In this document: positions 61,101-64,000 of the stretch, piece after piece
Layout: every line of letters begins with the position of its first letter
Position numbering within the stretch: the stretch's first letter is position 1
Assembly (NCBI RefSeq): GCF_006345805.1
Contig: NC_043025.1
Span: forward strand, 11,780,001 to 11,844,000
DNA from: Octopus sinensis
Lineage: Eukaryota
Reading direction: 5' to 3'
Length of the DNA stretch: 64,000 bases
The notes under the pieces: model-generated
Seen by the model: only the letters and a program-made list of their open reading frames with translations
Databases searched by the model: none
What the model was told of the DNA's origin: nothing
Translations under genes and position numbers: made by a program

Positions 61101-61804
61101 GAAGGCTAATAAACCTACCATACACAAACAACTTCAGCTTTAGAAATTGTAAACAATAGGGATTTTCATAGAAAAAAAAGCACCTTTTTGATGCAAATAA
61201 TTTTTGGTGTTAACATGGTCCAATTTGAATTTTTTCTTCAACGGAATGAAGAGCAAGCCTTCTTCTATCATACGCTCAATTTCGGTCAACTTGTGCCGCA
61301 GGGTCTTGGAGGAGATAGTGTTAGTTGAAGGCTACCAAACCTGCCACACACTGACAACTTCACATAGAAAAAAAAGCACCTTTTTGATGCAAATAATTTT
61401 TGGTGTTAACATGGTCCGATTTGAATTTTTTCTTCTACGGAATGAAGAGCAAGCCTTCTTCTATCATACTCTCAATTTTGGTCAACTTGCGCCGCAGGGT
61501 CTCGGAGGAGATAGTGTTAGTTGAAGGCTACCAAACCTGCCATACACAGACAACTTCAGCTTTAGAAATTGTAAACAATAGGGATTTTCATAGAAAAAAA
61601 GCACCTTTTTGATGCAAATAATTTTTGGTGTTAAAATGGTCCGATTTGAATTTTTTCTTCAACGGAATGAAGAGCAAGCCTTCTTCTATCAAACTCTCAA
61701 TTTTGGTCAACTTGTGCTGCAGGGTCTCGGAGGAGATAGTGTTAGTTGAAGGCTACCAAACCTGCCATACACAGACAACTTCAGCTTTATATATAGAGAG
61801 AGAT
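58124..61804 (+). mobile_element. Non-autonomous Helentron/HINE-like element with expanded core repeats (intron 2)
   Basis: 5' AACTAGCAGTATCGCCCGGCATTGCTCGGG (subterminal hairpin), tandem core, 3' TATATAGAGAGAGA end. The same 5' end occurs in four other copies. Family assignment is by architecture only. Confidence 0.7.
58296..61790. repeat. ~225-bp satellite, 16 units (three ~195-bp deletion variants)
   Basis: The CATAGAAA anchor recurs at 58305, 58530, 58756, 58951, 59175, 59397, 59622, 59847, 60072, 60265, 60490, 60715, 60941, 61167, 61363 and 61589. Confidence 0.97.
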
Positions 61805-61908
61805 TGTTAATTGTTTTTTTTTTTTTTTTGATTCATCTAATTAACATTTAATTAACATTTAAATGAAATTTCTTTCCCTTTTCTTTTCCATGAATGCGAC
61901 GTCTTCAG

Positions 61909-61956
61909 ATTCAAGATGACACTTCTTTAGAATATAATCCTCACAGCTGGAACAAG
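61909..61956 (+). CDS. CTSA: S10 carboxypeptidase coding exon 3
   Basis: Pyrimidine-rich upstream, TTCAG acceptor, 48 nt in phase 0 encoding IQDDTSLEYNPHSWNK (the S10 N-P-x-S-W-N motif), donor GTAAAT. Too short to appear in the ORF track. Confidence 0.88.
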
Positions 61957-62627
61957 GTAAATCTTATCGTTATTATCAAGACAGTGAGCTGGCAGAACCA
62001 TTAGAATATAAAAACAGATGAAATGACCGCTAAGCATTTTGCCTGGCATGCTGAGTTCAAATCCCACCAAAGTCAACTTTGCCTTTCATCCTTTCAGAGT
62101 TGATCAATTAAGTACCAGTCATGTACTAAGGTCAATGTAATCAACTAGTCCTGTCACCCAAAATTTCAGGCCTTGTGCCTCTAGTAGAAAGGATCATCAT
62201 CATCAATCACCATCATCAATCACCATCAATCATCAGCATCAATCATTATCGTCAATCATTATTGTCAATCATCATCATCATTAATCATCATCATCAATCA
62301 TCATCATTCATTATCATTCATCATCATCATCATCATCATCAATCATCATCATCAATCATCATCCATCAATCATCATCATTCACCATCAATCATCTATTAT
62401 TATTAAGGCAATGAGCTCAAGATGGCAAACTGGCGGAATCGTTAGCATGCCAGGTAAAAATGTTTAGCAGCATTTCATTAGTCTTTACGTTCTGAGGTCA
62501 AATTCTGCCAAGACTGACTTTGCATTTCATCCTTTTGATAAAATAAGTACCAGTTATGTACAGGGGTCGATATAAATGACTAGTCTCCTCCCACAAAATT
62601 GCAAGCCTTGTAACTATAGTAGAAAGG

Positions 62628-62656
<29 letters not shown>

Positions 62657-62666
<10 letters not shown>

Positions 62667-63029
62667 TTCACTTTAACAAAGACAGAGGTATTGTTTTCAG
62701 TCATATTTGTTTGTTTGTTTGTCCGTGGACAAAATATCTCAAGAACCGCTGGATGGTTTCAGATGAAACTTCCAGGGATATTTGACCTCGTGACTGGCAC
62801 GATCTGATTAGATTTTGGGATCAATCAGGTACTGGACAAGGATTCTGGATTATTTTTCCTGTTTACTTTAATTAATTTTTGAGAGCAGTCAGGTTCATTT
62901 TTAGCATTCTCATTTGTGAGAGCAGTTGAGCTTATTTCAGATATTCTCATTTTAAAAAAATCATCTTTGGGTAATCATTGAGAAGACACTAGTGTTGCCT
63001 TAGCGGAGGTTTGTGCTCTCTGAGTGCTC
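62657..63029 (+). mobile_element. DINE/HINE-like element in intron 3
   Basis: ATTATTACCT start, (GTTT)n, AAAATATCTCAAGAACCGCTGGATGG, and GCGGAGGTTTGTGCTCTCTGAGTGC end, an architecture typical of these elements. Confidence 0.55.
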
Positions 63030-63061
63030 GTGTCATTATTATTATTATTATTATTATTATT

Positions 63062-63862
63062 GAGTGAGAGAGCAGTTCATGCCATCAAAGTGACACTGGG
63101 GTAAAATATACGAAGCCCAATATACCCATCATGACTACCCGTCTGATAAGGGTACACCAGGCACATGCATCACAACCATATGTGCGCGACATGGTGATCT
63201 CATATCAAGATAAACAGCACATGACTTTGCAGGTGGGGCCCAGTTAGAATTTTCTTCAGGTTGAGTAGGCCATCCTGCTCAAAAGGTCCCTGAATAAGGC
63301 TTGTTTAAGGATGTTGAACGAAACACCCATGTTTCCAGAAGTGAATTATTCAAACCCCAAAGAATCCCTCTCAACACATGGCTATGATGCTCCCCCACTA
63401 CTTCTGCTCGTGGTCAGAGATGCACATATCGTCAGCCACTAAGGGACATGCTCAACTGGTTACGGTCAAACAACTGACAAGCAAATCTGTGGTATTGAGC
63501 AGAATATTTGCTGTAGCCCATCTTTTATACCAAGACAAAACAATGTACATGATAACACTTCCAATCAGTTAAGATCTGAAGCCACGAGAGCCAATGCCTG
63601 TACTGCATCAGGGCTTTATTATTAATATTATTATTATTATTATTATTCAGTAGTTTTATTTTTACAACGTGCTTTCACTTCACTACCGAGCGCAGCTCTG
63701 TGTGCCTTGGGTACGTGCTGTGATTTGTTGTGATGCTCTGATGGTTATTGTATGGAAAGTGTTCTGCGTAGGATGTGTGCAGTGCCTAGTAGTGCAATTT
63801 TCTGTATGTTATATGTGTTTGTAAGTCCTGGTGTTTTTGTTATGTATTTGTCTGAATATTTT
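63062..63862 (-). mobile_element. Second copy of the R4/Dong 3' end plus module, in intron 3
   Basis: Reverse complement of the 42.5-43.3 kb composite: module 63062-63615 and LINE end 63648-63862, with (TTA)n flanks. Confidence 0.85.
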
Positions 63863-63909
63863 ATTATTATTATTATTATTATTACTATTTGTTTATTTAC
63901 ATTTTTCAG

Positions 63910-63996
63910 ATTGCAAACGTCCTGTATCTGGAGGCCCCAGCAGGAGTTGGTTTCTCTTATAAAGATGACAAGAATTACACCACAGATGATGACTTG
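63910..63996 (+). CDS. CTSA: S10 carboxypeptidase coding exon 4; gene continues beyond window
   Basis: TTTTTCAG acceptor, encodes [29 protein letters not shown] (conserved ANxLxLExPxGVGFSY). GT at 63997 is the probable donor, but only 4 nt remain so the 3' end is uncertain. Confidence 0.88.
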
Positions 63997-64000
63997 GTTT

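Overview
Eukaryotic, transposon- and microsatellite-saturated genomic DNA, most likely from an octopus (inferred from the tRNA-derived SINE families, RTE/CR1/R4-Dong LINEs and very long simple repeats; not verifiable here). One host gene is recognisable: the first four coding exons of a cathepsin A / lysosomal protective protein-like serine carboxypeptidase (peptidase S10) on the + strand (55908-63996, continuing past the window), with a candidate non-coding first exon at about 44.66-44.83 kb. Almost all ORFs in the track are translations of simple repeats or transposon debris. The most notable observations: (1) a non-autonomous Helentron/HINE-like element at 26.6-27.1 kb carries a ~145-bp, ~95%-identical copy of the exon-2/intron-2 boundary of the carboxypeptidase gene 30 kb away, joined at a 7-nt microhomology; a sister element inside intron 2 has expanded its core into a 16-unit ~225-bp satellite. 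(2) Several unrelated element classes have been tandemly amplified: a CR1 3' end (22 x 123 bp, 7-mer higher-order repeat), a piggyBac-type MITE (6 x ~251 bp), a SINE multimerised at an identical junction at five loci, a 76-bp SINE segment, and another SINE half. (3) Minimal hammerhead-ribozyme-like motifs occur in (TA)n-embedded modules. (4) There are many foldback and hairpin elements and multi-level nests. No CRISPR, rRNA or genuine tRNA genes are supported. Coordinates were read by eye; repeat boundaries may be off by several bases.
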